Shown here piece by piece: positions 18,622 through 27,718 of a stretch of 64,000 nucleotides of DNA (the first letter of the stretch is position 1; every line of letters begins with the position of its first letter). The notes under the pieces are model-generated. The model was given only the letters and a program-made list of their open reading frames with translations, did no database searches and was not told where the DNA came from. The stretch is taken from positions 24,278-88,277 of the IMG/VR virus record IMGVR_UViG_2775507133_000001; one strand, given 5' to 3'. A program made the translations under genes and the position numbers. The stretch is from a virus (lineage: Duplodnaviria; Caudoviricetes).

Positions 18622-19524
18622 TCAGGCGGCCAGCGCGGCCAGGTGGGCGACCGCGTGAGCCAGGGAGTAGGCGCCGGTCACGGTGACGCCGGTGGGGGTG
18701 CCGACCAGGTCGGTCTGCTCGGCGGGCACGATGAGGTGCTTCTCCCCTAGCCCGAGGGCGGCCGCCACGGGCTGTTCGATGTCGCGCACGGTGCGGACTG
18801 TCCCGTCGAGGCCGAGTTCACCGATCAGCACCACGCGCTGGGTGATGTCGGCGGGGAGCAGCCCGACCGCTTCGAGGGCGACGGCCGCCGTGGCGAGGTC
18901 GGCGGCGGGCCCGCCCGAGCGGATGACCAGCCAGTCCGCGGTGATGTCGAGCGACCCGGTCGGCAGGGTGTAGCCGCTGTTGATGATGGCGGCGCGGATG
19001 CGGTCGCGGGTCTCGCGCGCGTAGGTGTCCCTGGTGCCGGTGATGTCGATGCGCGGGGTGGCCGCGGGCGCGAAGATCCCGCTGATCACGCGGAGGCCTT
19101 CGGGGGTGGGGAACCGGGTGTGGGCCACCTTCCGCTGGCCGGTCCCGTTGGCCGGGGCGGGAGCTCCGGGCAGGCGGACCAGGCGGTAGGGCAGGCCCTG
19201 GGGGGCGATCGGCCAGCGGGCGGCGCCGGCCATGCCGCCGAACGGCATGACGTCGGCGAGGATGCCGTCGACCTCGTCGGCGACCTCGTCGGGCAGGCCC
19301 TGACCCGCGCTGGTCGGGGCGTGCCAGATGGGGAGGCCTTCGGCGTCCTGGACCTCGTGCAGGTCCCGGCACTTGGCGTTGATGACGAGCGTCGCGGCCT
19401 GCGGCAGGTGGCCGCGGACCAGGTGGCCGATGTACGCGGTGGCCTTCGCGTACAGGTCGAGGCGGGCGGCGGCCGCCGCGTCGTAGGCGGCCGCGTATGC
19501 CGTGCCGGGGTCGGTGGTGGTCAC
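18622..19524 (-). CDS. Protein with C-terminal ComM/YifB (Mg-chelatase ChlI-N, Lon-like) domain and no ATPase domain
   Basis: RETRDRIRAAIINSGY...ADLATA...IGELGLDGTVR...LIVP. Confidence 0.8.
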   Translation of the reverse strand: MTTTDPGTAYAAAYDAAAAARLDLYAKATAYIGHLVRGHLPQAATLVINAKCRDLHEVQDAEGLPIWHAPTSAGQGLPDEVADEVDGILADVMPFGGMAGAARWPIAPQGLPYRLVRLPGAPAPANGTGQRKVAHTRFPTPEGLRVISGIFAPAATPRIDITGTRDTYARETRDRIRAAIINSGYTLPTGSLDITADWLVIRSGGPAADLATAAVALEAVGLLPADITQRVVLIGELGLDGTVRTVRDIEQPVAAALGLGEKHLIVPAEQTDLVGTPTGVTVTGAYSLAHAVAHLAALAA

Positions 19525-19605
19525 AGCGGTTGTCCTTCCGTTCGAGGGGGTCCAGGCGGTTCCTGGGCGGGCGGCACGTGCCAGGTGTTCGTGCCGCCTG
19601 CGCAG

Positions 19606-19634
19606 GGGCCGGGGGCGCTGCCTGCCCCCGGCCC
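19606..19634 (-). repeat. Conserved-loop hairpin, copy 3
   Basis: gggccgggggc-gctgcct-gcccccggccc. Confidence 0.85.
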
Positions 19635-19647
19635 GGCGCGGGGGTGG

Positions 19648-20508
19648 TCAGGACGCGGCGCGGTCGAACGTCTGGAGCAGGCGCACGGTCTCGGCGATGG
19701 TGGCCACGCAGTAGACGCTGACCTCGGGCACGTCGAATTCGTGCATGTTGGCTTCGGGCACGATCACGGTGGTGCAGCCGCTGGCGATGGCGGCGCGGGC
19801 GGCCGCGTTGATGTCGGCCACCAGCCGCACCCTGCCGCCCAGGCCCAGCCCGCCGACGAACGCGACCTCGTCCAGGGCGGCCGGGCGGTAGTGCCCGGCC
19901 GCGCCGAGGATGGCGCAGGCGATCGCGAGGTCATGCGAGGCGTCCAGCGGGCGGCCGGTGACGGTCTCGACGGTCACCGTAAGGCGGCCGGTGGGCCACG
20001 GGCAGCCGCCGTTGGTGATCGCGGCGCGGACGCGGTCCCTGGTCTCGCGGTCGTGGGCGACGCCGGTGAGGGCGAATGAGCCGAGGCCGGGGCTGACCGT
20101 CGCGTGGATCACGGCGGCGGCGTCGGAGGCGGCTCGCACCTGCGCGCGGCCGATGCGGGTGTCGGCGGGCCAGGCGACGCCGAGGCCGCGGTGGTCGGCG
20201 TCGACGACCACGCCCGTGCGGTACAGGGCGTCGCCCACCACGTAGTCCGGGGTGACGATGTCGTCGAGGACGTCGCCCGGGCGCGCATCGAGGACGGCGT
20301 ACCGCAGGTTGAACGGGTTGCCGTCCTCGATGAGCGTGCCGGTGTCGATGACGCCGTTCCGGGCCGGGCGGGGGGCGCGGGGCCCGATGGCGTCGGCGGT
20401 CTTGGCGCACTCGGTGCAGTAGGCGACCGTGCCGCCCCATCCGTCGGTGCTGGGCCAGGTGTTGCCGCAGCTCGTGCAGCGCTTCGTGAGGGGGGTCGTG
20501 GTGGTCAT
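19648..20508 (-). CDS. Zinc-ribbon protein with C-terminal ComM/YifB N-domain
   Basis: CTSCG..CTEC; RETRDRVRAAITNGG..WP..RLTV...HDLAIACAIL...GGLGLGGRVR...VIVPEAN. Confidence 0.8.
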   Translation of the reverse strand: MTTTTPLTKRCTSCGNTWPSTDGWGGTVAYCTECAKTADAIGPRAPRPARNGVIDTGTLIEDGNPFNLRYAVLDARPGDVLDDIVTPDYVVGDALYRTGVVVDADHRGLGVAWPADTRIGRAQVRAASDAAAVIHATVSPGLGSFALTGVAHDRETRDRVRAAITNGGCPWPTGRLTVTVETVTGRPLDASHDLAIACAILGAAGHYRPAALDEVAFVGGLGLGGRVRLVADINAAARAAIASGCTTVIVPEANMHEFDVPEVSVYCVATIAETVRLLQTFDRAAS

Positions 20509-20549
20509 CGGGTTCCTCTCGGTTCGTGCGTGGGTGGTTGAGGGGGGTT

Positions 20550-20580
20550 GGGGCCGGGGGCGCTGCCTGCCCCCGGCCCC
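20550..20580 (-). repeat. Conserved-loop hairpin, copy 4
   Basis: ggggccgggggc-gctgcct-gcccccggcccc. Confidence 0.85.
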
Positions 20581-20588
20581 GGGGTGGG

Positions 20589-20864
20589 TCAGGCCGGGCG
20601 GTGGGCCCGGATGACCCGCATGTGGTAGCGGCGGCTGATCTCGTTCACCGCGATCAGGCGGACCTGGGCCTTGACCGGGTCCATCTCGCCGGCCTCCAGG
20701 GCGCGGATGATCGGGACGGTGTTGTCGTGGACGCAGATGGCGCCCGTGCGGGTGCCGTGGTTGCCGCTGTTGAAGAGGGCGCGCAGGGGGCTGATCTGCT
20801 CGCGCAGGTAGGCGGCCAGTTCCTTGGCGGTCAGGGTGGTGGGGGTGATCTTGCGGACCGGCAT
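20589..20864 (-). CDS. Hypothetical protein, first gene after repeat copy 1
   Basis: ORF track; AGGAG RBS. Confidence 0.7.
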   Translation of the reverse strand: MPVRKITPTTLTAKELAAYLREQISPLRALFNSGNHGTRTGAICVHDNTVPIIRALEAGEMDPVKAQVRLIAVNEISRRYHMRVIRAHRPA

Positions 20865-20889
20865 GGCGCACTCCTGGGTGGTAGTTGGT

Positions 20890-20985
20890 GTTTTGAACTA
20901 CTTCCATCCTTCCCTAGTTGGCTTTGGCTAGCCAGTTTTACCAAGCAGATTACGTAAAGAATCTCAAAAGAGATCGCGGCTGTCA
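20890..20985 (-). promoter_or_regulatory. ~95-bp promoter/operator repeat, copy 1
   Basis: gttttgaactacttccatccttccctagttggctttggctagccagttttaccaagc; minus strand TGGCTA-N17-AAGGAT. Confidence 0.85.
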
Positions 20986-23868
20986 GGCGGCGACCAGCTC
21001 GCCATGGATGACCGCCCGCAGCCGGGACGCGATCCACGTTCCGACCGCCGGGCTCACCGCGTTACCGAACCCGTCCACCTGGTTCCGCGCGCTCCCCCAC
21101 ACCTTGAACGTCCCCTTGCGGCCAGCGAAGTCGACGTCGAAGCCGCAGCCGACGCCGACCTCGCTGGGCTTCATCATCCGGAAGAAGCACTCCTCCAGCG
21201 GCAGGTCGGCCAGCGACGCCTGCCACTGGGCGACGAGCAGCCCGGTCGTGTCCCGCGTGGTGAGCGTGCCCAGCGGGTCGGTCACCGGGTGCGGCGCGGT
21301 CTCGTCGCCCTTCGGCCCGTTCTGCTTGAACCAACCGGCGCTCAGCAGGCCCGGGATCTGGTCGGAGGTGACCGTGGGCATCGCCTCGGCGTGCACCGTG
21401 GGCAGCGTGTTCTTCCGGAACGGGACGATCCCGGATGACACCACGGCGAGCGTCTCCGAACCGACCTGCGTGGGCAGCGGGATGTGCGCGCCCCGGGGGC
21501 CGCCCTGGTAGTTGTCGACCGCGAGGAACACCGCCTTCTCGTGCGTTGCGGTGACCGTGTCCATCGGGCTGAGGATGTGCTGGCCGTCGCCGTTGTGCCG
21601 GTGCGCGGCGATGATCTGACCGGCCATGAGGAGCGCGGTCTCCTGCTGGCTGGTCTGCGTGGACATCGGCTGCCACGGGTGCCGCTCGATGCCGTGCACC
21701 GACTTCGCGGGCATCAGGACCGCCGGGTACTGGGCGAAGCGCTGGCGGCAGCGTTCGGCGCGGGCGAGCGTCGTCTCGGCGAGCGGGACGTCCCGGTCGC
21801 CGATCTTGGTTCCCAGGTCGGACAGGTCGAGGGCGACCAGCGAGGGCGTCATCGGCGGGACGACCTCGCGGCGGCAGCTCGGGCAACGGTAGTTGTACTG
21901 CTTGCCGTAGCAGACCGACCCCGAGGCGGGCACGCCCGTCTTCCACGACCAGACCGCTTCCACGGTCTTGTCGCAGTGCTGGCAGAACGACGCCGGCCGG
22001 TGGTCGAGGTCGGGGGTGGGCAGCGACTCGTCCCAGAACGCGATGTAGAGCCGGTCGCGGCTCTGGGGGACGCCGAAGAACTGCGAGTTCAGGTACAGCA
22101 CCCGGTAGCGGTAGCCCAGCTTCTCGAACTCGTGGAGCCACCACCGGTAGGTGCTGCCGTCGCCGATCTTGGGGCGGCCGAGGATCGCCGGCCCCCACGA
22201 CTGGAGGCCGGTCGTGCACTCGACGAGGATCAGCCGCGGGTGGTGCCGCCCGGCGTACTGCAGAACGCACGTCGCGGTCGCGCGGTCCCGTTCGGAGCGC
22301 GTCACCCGCGCCTCGAACTCCGGGTCTTCCAGCTCGAACAGCCCGAGGCCCTGCTCGTACGCCCTCTGCGTGTTCGCCTGGGAGTGGTTGACGCAGTTGT
22401 GGACCAGGACGCCGTCGACCACGTACGTGTGGTCCTCCTCGACGGTCATGTTGTAGACCGTGACCGTCTCGCCCGGGGCGATGGCGCCGCTGGCCTTGCC
22501 CCACCGGAAGCCGTCCGCATCACGGTGCTTGGGCTTCCGCTGCTGGGTCAGGTGCGCGGTGACCGTCCAGCGGGGGCTCTGTCGCACCGTGCGGCCTTCG
22601 ATGACCGCCGTGGCCTTCGGCCGCTGGTAGTGGACCGTGGCGTAGTAGCCCAGCGAGGTCAGCAGGAGACGCACGCCGACGGTGAGCTGCTTGGACACCG
22701 ACATCGACTGGACGCGCAGGCCGTCCCGGCTGATGTGCCCGTCGGCGGACAGGTAGCCATCCAGGAAGGAACGGCGGATCTCTTCGGGCGCGAACAGCAG
22801 CCAGGTCGGCAGCTTCTTGCCTGCGGCGCCGTGGCCGAAGTGGTCGGCCAGGAAGGCGGCGAGGCCCACCCGGTTGACGTGGAAGGTGTCGGTCGTGCGC
22901 TGCCGGGTGCGGTTCCACGGGAGGCCGGTCCGTGCCGCGAGTTCCTCGGCGAGTGCGTCGCTCTCGTCGTGGCTGGCGCAGATCGTCACGCGGGACCACA
23001 CGTTGCCCCGCTCGGGTCGGCGGGCGAGCCACCCGTCGCCGACCCACCGGCCGAGCACCCACGCGACGTCGGCGGTGACCGTGCCGAGCCCGTCGACCAC
23101 GGGCAGGGCGTCGGTCTCGCCGGTGAGGATCGGGGTGCCGACCCACTCGCCGGCCAGGGAGTCGGCCCGCACCTCACGCGGTGCGCCGAGGACGAGGAGT
23201 GCGCGCCTGTTCGCGTTCGCCTGGCTGCACTTCCGGGAGCAGAACAGGCGGGCCGTGCTGGTGTTCCTGAACTGCGGGGCCGGGCCGCCGCATTCGAGGC
23301 AGCGTGCGCCGTCGAGCGGCTGGTACCTACGGCGAGGCTGGACGGCGCGCGTGGCCGTAGCCGCCATGAACGGGTGGTCCGGGGTGCAGGTGATCGCGGT
23401 GGTCGCGTTGACGGTAACCGTGGGCCGGTCAACCGCCGAGGTGTGCGTGACCGGGCGCCAGCGCGACCGGTGCGTCCACACCTCTTCGCCGACCTTCACG
23501 TCCTCGATCGGGATGAGCCCGCGCCGGGTGAGCACGAGCGCCCCGGCGGCGAAGCAGGAGACACCGGCGGCGAGCAGGTCGGCCGGGGGCAGGTCCCGCG
23601 CGGAGTGGTAGTCGGAGGCGTCCGGGTCGACCAGGTCGGCGATCCAGTGCTCGGCGGTCGGGTGGTTCGTCTCGTGGACCCGCACTTTGTACTCGTTGTG
23701 GTTCGCCGCCATGATCGTGTCGAATCCGGCGTCCTCGATGCCCTTGGTGAGCCCGCCGAAGCCGCTGAACAGGTCGCACGCGGTCAGGGAGTCGTGGCGG
23801 AAGACGCGCCGTCTCCTTGCCGGCCGGTGGGCAGCGATCCGGAACTTCTTCCTCTTCACAGAGGCCAT
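20983..23868 (-). CDS. DNA (cytosine-5) methyltransferase containing an intein
   Basis: DLFSGFGG, S-C catalytic site split by the intein, GVPQSRDR, QVDGFGNAVSP. Confidence 0.92.
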   Translation of the reverse strand: MASVKRKKFRIAAHRPARRRRVFRHDSLTACDLFSGFGGLTKGIEDAGFDTIMAANHNEYKVRVHETNHPTAEHWIADLVDPDASDYHSARDLPPADLLAAGVSCFAAGALVLTRRGLIPIEDVKVGEEVWTHRSRWRPVTHTSAVDRPTVTVNATTAITCTPDHPFMAATATRAVQPRRRYQPLDGARCLECGGPAPQFRNTSTARLFCSRKCSQANANRRALLVLGAPREVRADSLAGEWVGTPILTGETDALPVVDGLGTVTADVAWVLGRWVGDGWLARRPERGNVWSRVTICASHDESDALAEELAARTGLPWNRTRQRTTDTFHVNRVGLAAFLADHFGHGAAGKKLPTWLLFAPEEIRRSFLDGYLSADGHISRDGLRVQSMSVSKQLTVGVRLLLTSLGYYATVHYQRPKATAVIEGRTVRQSPRWTVTAHLTQQRKPKHRDADGFRWGKASGAIAPGETVTVYNMTVEEDHTYVVDGVLVHNCVNHSQANTQRAYEQGLGLFELEDPEFEARVTRSERDRATATCVLQYAGRHHPRLILVECTTGLQSWGPAILGRPKIGDGSTYRWWLHEFEKLGYRYRVLYLNSQFFGVPQSRDRLYIAFWDESLPTPDLDHRPASFCQHCDKTVEAVWSWKTGVPASGSVCYGKQYNYRCPSCRREVVPPMTPSLVALDLSDLGTKIGDRDVPLAETTLARAERCRQRFAQYPAVLMPAKSVHGIERHPWQPMSTQTSQQETALLMAGQIIAAHRHNGDGQHILSPMDTVTATHEKAVFLAVDNYQGGPRGAHIPLPTQVGSETLAVVSSGIVPFRKNTLPTVHAEAMPTVTSDQIPGLLSAGWFKQNGPKGDETAPHPVTDPLGTLTTRDTTGLLVAQWQASLADLPLEECFFRMMKPSEVGVGCGFDVDFAGRKGTFKVWGSARNQVDGFGNAVSPAVGTWIASRLRAVIHGELVAA
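22396..23556 (-). mobile_element. Intein with LAGLIDADG homing endonuclease (387 aa)
   Basis: Begins CFAAGALVLTRRG; WVLGRWVGDG and FLDGYLSADG motifs; ends VYNMTVEEDHTYVVDGVLVHN followed by C. Confidence 0.93.
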
Positions 23869-23941
23869 GCGGTCACTCCTTGTTGGGATGGCGAGCGCCG
23901 CCCCGGTCGGGGCGGCGCTTGTAGGTCGGGCAGGGGGGCGG

Positions 23942-24193
23942 TCAGCGCATGCGTCGGGCGTGGATCAGCTCGGCGGCCGTCCGCAGCGAGCTGAGGCCGG
24001 CGGTGATGCCCTCGGCCGGGTGGTTGATGACGCACTCCTTGCCGTCGATGCGGCTGACGGTCCAGGGCAGCAGGTCGTTCGTTGCGCGGTCGACAACGTC
24101 GAACCACTCGACCCGGCCGAAGTAGGCGGGGGTTCCGTACACCTCGGGCCTGGTCGGGGACTCGGTGCGATTCGGGGTGAGCATCACGTTCAT
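23942..24193 (-). CDS. Hypothetical protein
   Basis: AGGAAGG RBS before MNVMLTP. Confidence 0.6.
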   Translation of the reverse strand: MNVMLTPNRTESPTRPEVYGTPAYFGRVEWFDVVDRATNDLLPWTVSRIDGKECVINHPAEGITAGLSSLRTAAELIHARRMR

Positions 24194-24264
24194 GGGGGCC
24201 TTCCTGGGGGGCGTGTTCGGGGCGATGGAGGGAGGGGGCGGCCGACGGGCCGCCCCCGGTCGGG

Positions 24265-24540
24265 TCAGGACTTGCGGCGGTTGACGACGGAGAGGGTCAC
24301 GCCCTTGGCGGCGAGGGCGCGGCAGATGTTTCCGCGCACCCAGCCGCCGCGGTCCTCGCTCCCGAACTCGGCGAGGAACTGGAGCCGCTTGGGGTTGTCG
24401 GCGTAGATGCTGAACTCGTCTGCGAGTGCGTAGGCGAGCGTCCGGCTGTCCCAGCCGCTGTGGAACAACTCGTCGGACGCCTCGGTGTCGGGGAGGTCGA
24501 GGTACTCGGCGATCAGGGTCTGTGCAGGCGCCTGGCTCAC
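24265..24540 (-). CDS. Hypothetical acidic protein, first gene after repeat copy 2
   Basis: ORF track; AAGGAG RBS. Confidence 0.7.
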   Translation of the reverse strand: MSQAPAQTLIAEYLDLPDTEASDELFHSGWDSRTLAYALADEFSIYADNPKRLQFLAEFGSEDRGGWVRGNICRALAAKGVTLSVVNRRKS

Positions 24541-24570
24541 GGTCTGCTCCTTGGTGGGCGATTGGTGCGT

Positions 24571-24664
24571 GTTGAACTACTTTCATCCTTCCTGAATACA
24601 ATTTGCCTAGCCAGTTAGGAATAACTGGATAGAGTAAAGTGACTACAAAGAAATCGCAGGTCAG
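24571..24664 (-). promoter_or_regulatory. Promoter/operator repeat, copy 2
   Basis: gttgaactactttcatccttcctgaatacaatttgcctagccagttaggaataactggatag...gaaatcgcaggtcag. Confidence 0.85.
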
Positions 24665-25050
24665 CGGCTTCTCAGGCGGAACATGCGATGACCGTCGTCG
24701 GCGAGTTCGAAGCCTCGCCGGCCGTACCAGGCGAGCAGGTCGTCGCTGTGCAGGCCGACCTTCCGCTGGGGCTCGCCGAAGTCGGGCACGAACGGGCAGC
24801 AGTGCAGGCCGATGCTCTGGTGCCCGAACCGGGCGATCACATCGTCCAGGAGGCGGCCGCCGATGCCCCGGCCCCGCCATTCGGGCCGGACGGCGATCTC
24901 CTCCAGCCACACGTACGTGTGGAGCTGGACGGCCACCGCGTAGCCGTGAGGAGCGCGCTCCGGGCCGATCTGGAAGTGGTACTCGTGCCCCTGGTGGACG
25001 TAGGTGACGCGGACGCCGGACTCGGCGGCGCTCGAGGGGGCTCGGGACAT
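24661..25050 (-). CDS. GNAT family N-acetyltransferase
   Basis: IAVRPEWRGRGIGGRLL...WYGRRGF. Confidence 0.85.
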   Translation of the reverse strand: MSRAPSSAAESGVRVTYVHQGHEYHFQIGPERAPHGYAVAVQLHTYVWLEEIAVRPEWRGRGIGGRLLDDVIARFGHQSIGLHCCPFVPDFGEPQRKVGLHSDDLLAWYGRRGFELADDGHRMFRLRSR

Positions 25051-25077
25051 GGCGTGCTCCTTCCTGGGTGAGGGGTG

Positions 25078-25959
25078 TCAGGCGGACGCGGGCCGGAACG
25101 GGATCTGCGGCATGAGGTCGTCGTCGAGGGCGTACCAGCACCAGGCGTGCCCGCCGACCGCGTACCGGCCGTCGGTGTTCGGGTGGAGGACCTCGACGGC
25201 CTGTGTGCGGTGCTCGCCGCCGAGGCGCATCCAGGAGACGACGACCACCACGGTGTGCCGGGCGCCGTCGACGGTGCCGGTGAGGACGTGCACGGTGTCG
25301 GTGGAGCCGTGGCCGTAGCGGCGGGCCTCGCGGCGGGTGTCGGCCGCGATCCGGCGGACGGTGGGCAGGTCGAACCACGGCCGGACGTGTCCGCCGCGCT
25401 GGTCGGCGGGGTCCAGCAGAGCCGGGTAGCGGTCGCGGTCGTTCGCGCACACCAGCGCCTCGACCATCTGCACCTCGCCGGCCGCCTCGGCAGGGGCGGG
25501 CTCGATGGTGAGTGCGGCCGCGCGGGCGAGGTCGAGCGCGAAGGCCCGCCTCCGGTCACGGTCGGGCAGCTCATCGCACAGCGGCCACCAGATGTCCCAG
25601 TTGGACTCGTCCAGGTACGCGGTCCAGCCGCTCAGGTCGTGCAGGGCGTTCCCGGCGTCGGTCTGGCCGACCGCTTCGGTGAACGTGCGCTCCTCGCCGG
25701 CCTGTGTCCAGTACCGGCCGGTCGGGAACAGGGAGCCGTCCTCGCCTTCGACCAGCTCAAGGCGGGCCGCGCCGAACGGGGCGTCCGACTCGTGGCCGGT
25801 GAGGATGTCGCGGACCCCCGCGGCGGTGACGACGGCCATGGTCCGGCCGAGGTGTTCGGTGGCCCGGCGGGCGTCGTTCAGGGCCTTGTCGACGGCCGCG
25901 CCGAGGGCCTGGCTGGTGGGGAGGTGGTAGGTGGGCCCGGTGGGGCGCTGGATGGCCAT
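25078..25959 (-). CDS. Hypothetical protein with array-shared domain B at the C-terminus
   Basis: GAGG RBS before MAIQRP; ends DGRYAVGGHAWCW. Confidence 0.7.
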   Translation of the reverse strand: MAIQRPTGPTYHLPTSQALGAAVDKALNDARRATEHLGRTMAVVTAAGVRDILTGHESDAPFGAARLELVEGEDGSLFPTGRYWTQAGEERTFTEAVGQTDAGNALHDLSGWTAYLDESNWDIWWPLCDELPDRDRRRAFALDLARAAALTIEPAPAEAAGEVQMVEALVCANDRDRYPALLDPADQRGGHVRPWFDLPTVRRIAADTRREARRYGHGSTDTVHVLTGTVDGARHTVVVVVSWMRLGGEHRTQAVEVLHPNTDGRYAVGGHAWCWYALDDDLMPQIPFRPASA

Positions 25960-25988
25960 GAGGCGTCCTCGTTTCGTCGGGGTGGAGG

Positions 25989-26918
25989 TCAGTGGGTGCG
26001 GGCGGCCGGAAAGGTGATCCGGTACAGGCGATCGGTGTCCGGGTCGGGGACGTGCTGCCACCCGGCGGCAAGGGGGCCGAGGGGGCTCGCGGTGTCGAGG
26101 GCCTGGCGCAGGATCTCGTCGGCCGTGCCGAGCGTCTCCGTATCGAACGGGCCGGTGTCGTCGGCCAGGTCGAGTTCGCGGTCCCCGGCGTACACCGCGC
26201 AGATGCGGGCGAGGTCGGCGAGGTCGACGAGCGCGGACGTCGCCTCGGGGACGAGCGTGCGCAGGGCGGCGAGGGCGCGGGCGGCAGCGACCGCGAGGGG
26301 CTCGGTGGGCTGCTTGTCGCGGGTCAGGCCGCACAGGCACTCGGTCTCGTGCCAGTCCGGGCTGTAGCCGCACACGCAGTCCCAGGTGACCACGCACCAC
26401 GGCCACTCCCAGCCGCCTATGGGGTAGCGGCCGTCGTCGGCAGGGTTGATGACGTCGACCGCGCTGGAGCCCTCGTCGTGCACCCACTGCCAGCGGATGC
26501 AGATGACGGCCGCGCGGGCAGCGGCGCCTCGGCCGCCGCGCGGCTTGTTCTGCGTCTTGCGGGCCGCCCGGCGGGTCTCACGGTTCACCGGGACCGGGGT
26601 AACGGTCGGGACCTTGCCGCGCCAGCGGACGCGAACGGCGACCGCGCGCGGGGCCCGGTCGCCGTCCTCGTTGACCACGTACGTCTCGCCCGTGTCGAAG
26701 ACGTGGACCGTGTCTGCGCCGCCCGCGTGGCCGTCGATGACGTGGATGGTGTCCACGCAGCTGTACCCGTAGTCGTCGGCCATGCTCAGCGTCCCCGCCG
26801 AGACTTGGCGGGCGGCGTCGAGGGTGAAGCGGGGGCACCGGCCGGTGTCGGTGGCGATGCAGTCGTAGGGGCCGATGATGCTGTCCAGGGTGACGCGCGT
26901 TGCGACCTCGTCGTACAT
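25989..26918 (-). CDS. Hypothetical protein with shared domain B (N-terminal) and domain A (C-terminal)
   Basis: ORF track; DGRYPIGGWEWPW. Confidence 0.7.
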   Translation of the reverse strand: MYDEVATRVTLDSIIGPYDCIATDTGRCPRFTLDAARQVSAGTLSMADDYGYSCVDTIHVIDGHAGGADTVHVFDTGETYVVNEDGDRAPRAVAVRVRWRGKVPTVTPVPVNRETRRAARKTQNKPRGGRGAAARAAVICIRWQWVHDEGSSAVDVINPADDGRYPIGGWEWPWCVVTWDCVCGYSPDWHETECLCGLTRDKQPTEPLAVAAARALAALRTLVPEATSALVDLADLARICAVYAGDRELDLADDTGPFDTETLGTADEILRQALDTASPLGPLAAGWQHVPDPDTDRLYRITFPAARTH

Positions 26919-26995
26919 GGCGTGTGCTCCGTTCGGATGTGAGCCCGGCCGGGACCCGTGGGGGTCCCGGCCGGTGGACTGTGCAGGTCAGGCGG

Positions 26996-27175
26996 TCAGT
27001 TGTTGCTGAGCGGGTTGATGGCGGTCGTGTGGTCGTGCCCGGTCTGGGCGCGGTCGTGGGCCATGCCCCCCGGGCAGGTGGCGAGGTGTCCGGCCCAGCC
27101 CTTCGCGGGGCCGTCGGGTATCACCCGGTACACGAAGCAGCGCTGGTTGCAGAACTTGCAGTAGGCGCCGGCCAC
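26996..27175 (-). CDS. Small Cys/His protein
   Basis: AAGGAG RBS; YCKFCNQRCFVYR...HLATC. Confidence 0.6.
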   Translation of the reverse strand: MAGAYCKFCNQRCFVYRVIPDGPAKGWAGHLATCPGGMAHDRAQTGHDHTTAINPLSNN

Positions 27176-27192
27176 GGCGGTCTCCTTTCGGG

Positions 27193-27603
27193 TCAGAACA
27201 GGCGGGGCGGGGTGGTGGGCGGGAGGGCGCCGAGTTCGGGGACTTCCTCGCCGGTGTTCTCCAGGTACCAGGCGGCGAACATCGTGCGGTGGCACCAGTT
27301 CTCCGGCTTGTTCAGCCGGTCGAAGCAGAGCAGGACCAGGCGGTCGGCGCCGGCGCGGGCGGCGAGGCCGGCCAGCTCCGTGTAGATCCGGTCGATGCCC
27401 TGGCCGTTGAGGAGCCGCCGGTAGTGGAACTCGTACGCGTCGCGCGGCAGGTTCTGCGCGAGCAGCTGCCGGGTCGGCGTGATGAGGCGTGCGTGCCCGG
27501 CGAGCTGGTAGCCGAGGGCGAAGCGCGGTGCGCCGGCCGTCGTGCGGATCGGTGCACCCATGCCTGGCGTGAACTCCTGGTAGGTGCAGGTGGCGAGTTG
27601 CAT
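27193..27603 (-). CDS. DUF488-family protein
   Basis: LVLLCFD...WCHR motif. Confidence 0.75.
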   Translation of the reverse strand: MQLATCTYQEFTPGMGAPIRTTAGAPRFALGYQLAGHARLITPTRQLLAQNLPRDAYEFHYRRLLNGQGIDRIYTELAGLAARAGADRLVLLCFDRLNKPENWCHRTMFAAWYLENTGEEVPELGALPPTTPPRLF

Positions 27604-27625
27604 TCGGTCCCTTTCGGGGTGGTGA

Positions 27626-27718
27626 TTGGTACTGCCTTCATTCTTCCCTACTCGGCTAAAGCTAGCCAGCTTATCCGAGCCGACTAGGTAAAGAAGGTTC
27701 AAAGATGTGGCGGGTCAG
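27626..27718 (-). promoter_or_regulatory. Promoter/operator repeat, copy 3 (divergent)
   Basis: ttggtactgccttcattcttccctactcggctaaagctagccagcttatccgagccgactaggtaaag. Confidence 0.75.
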
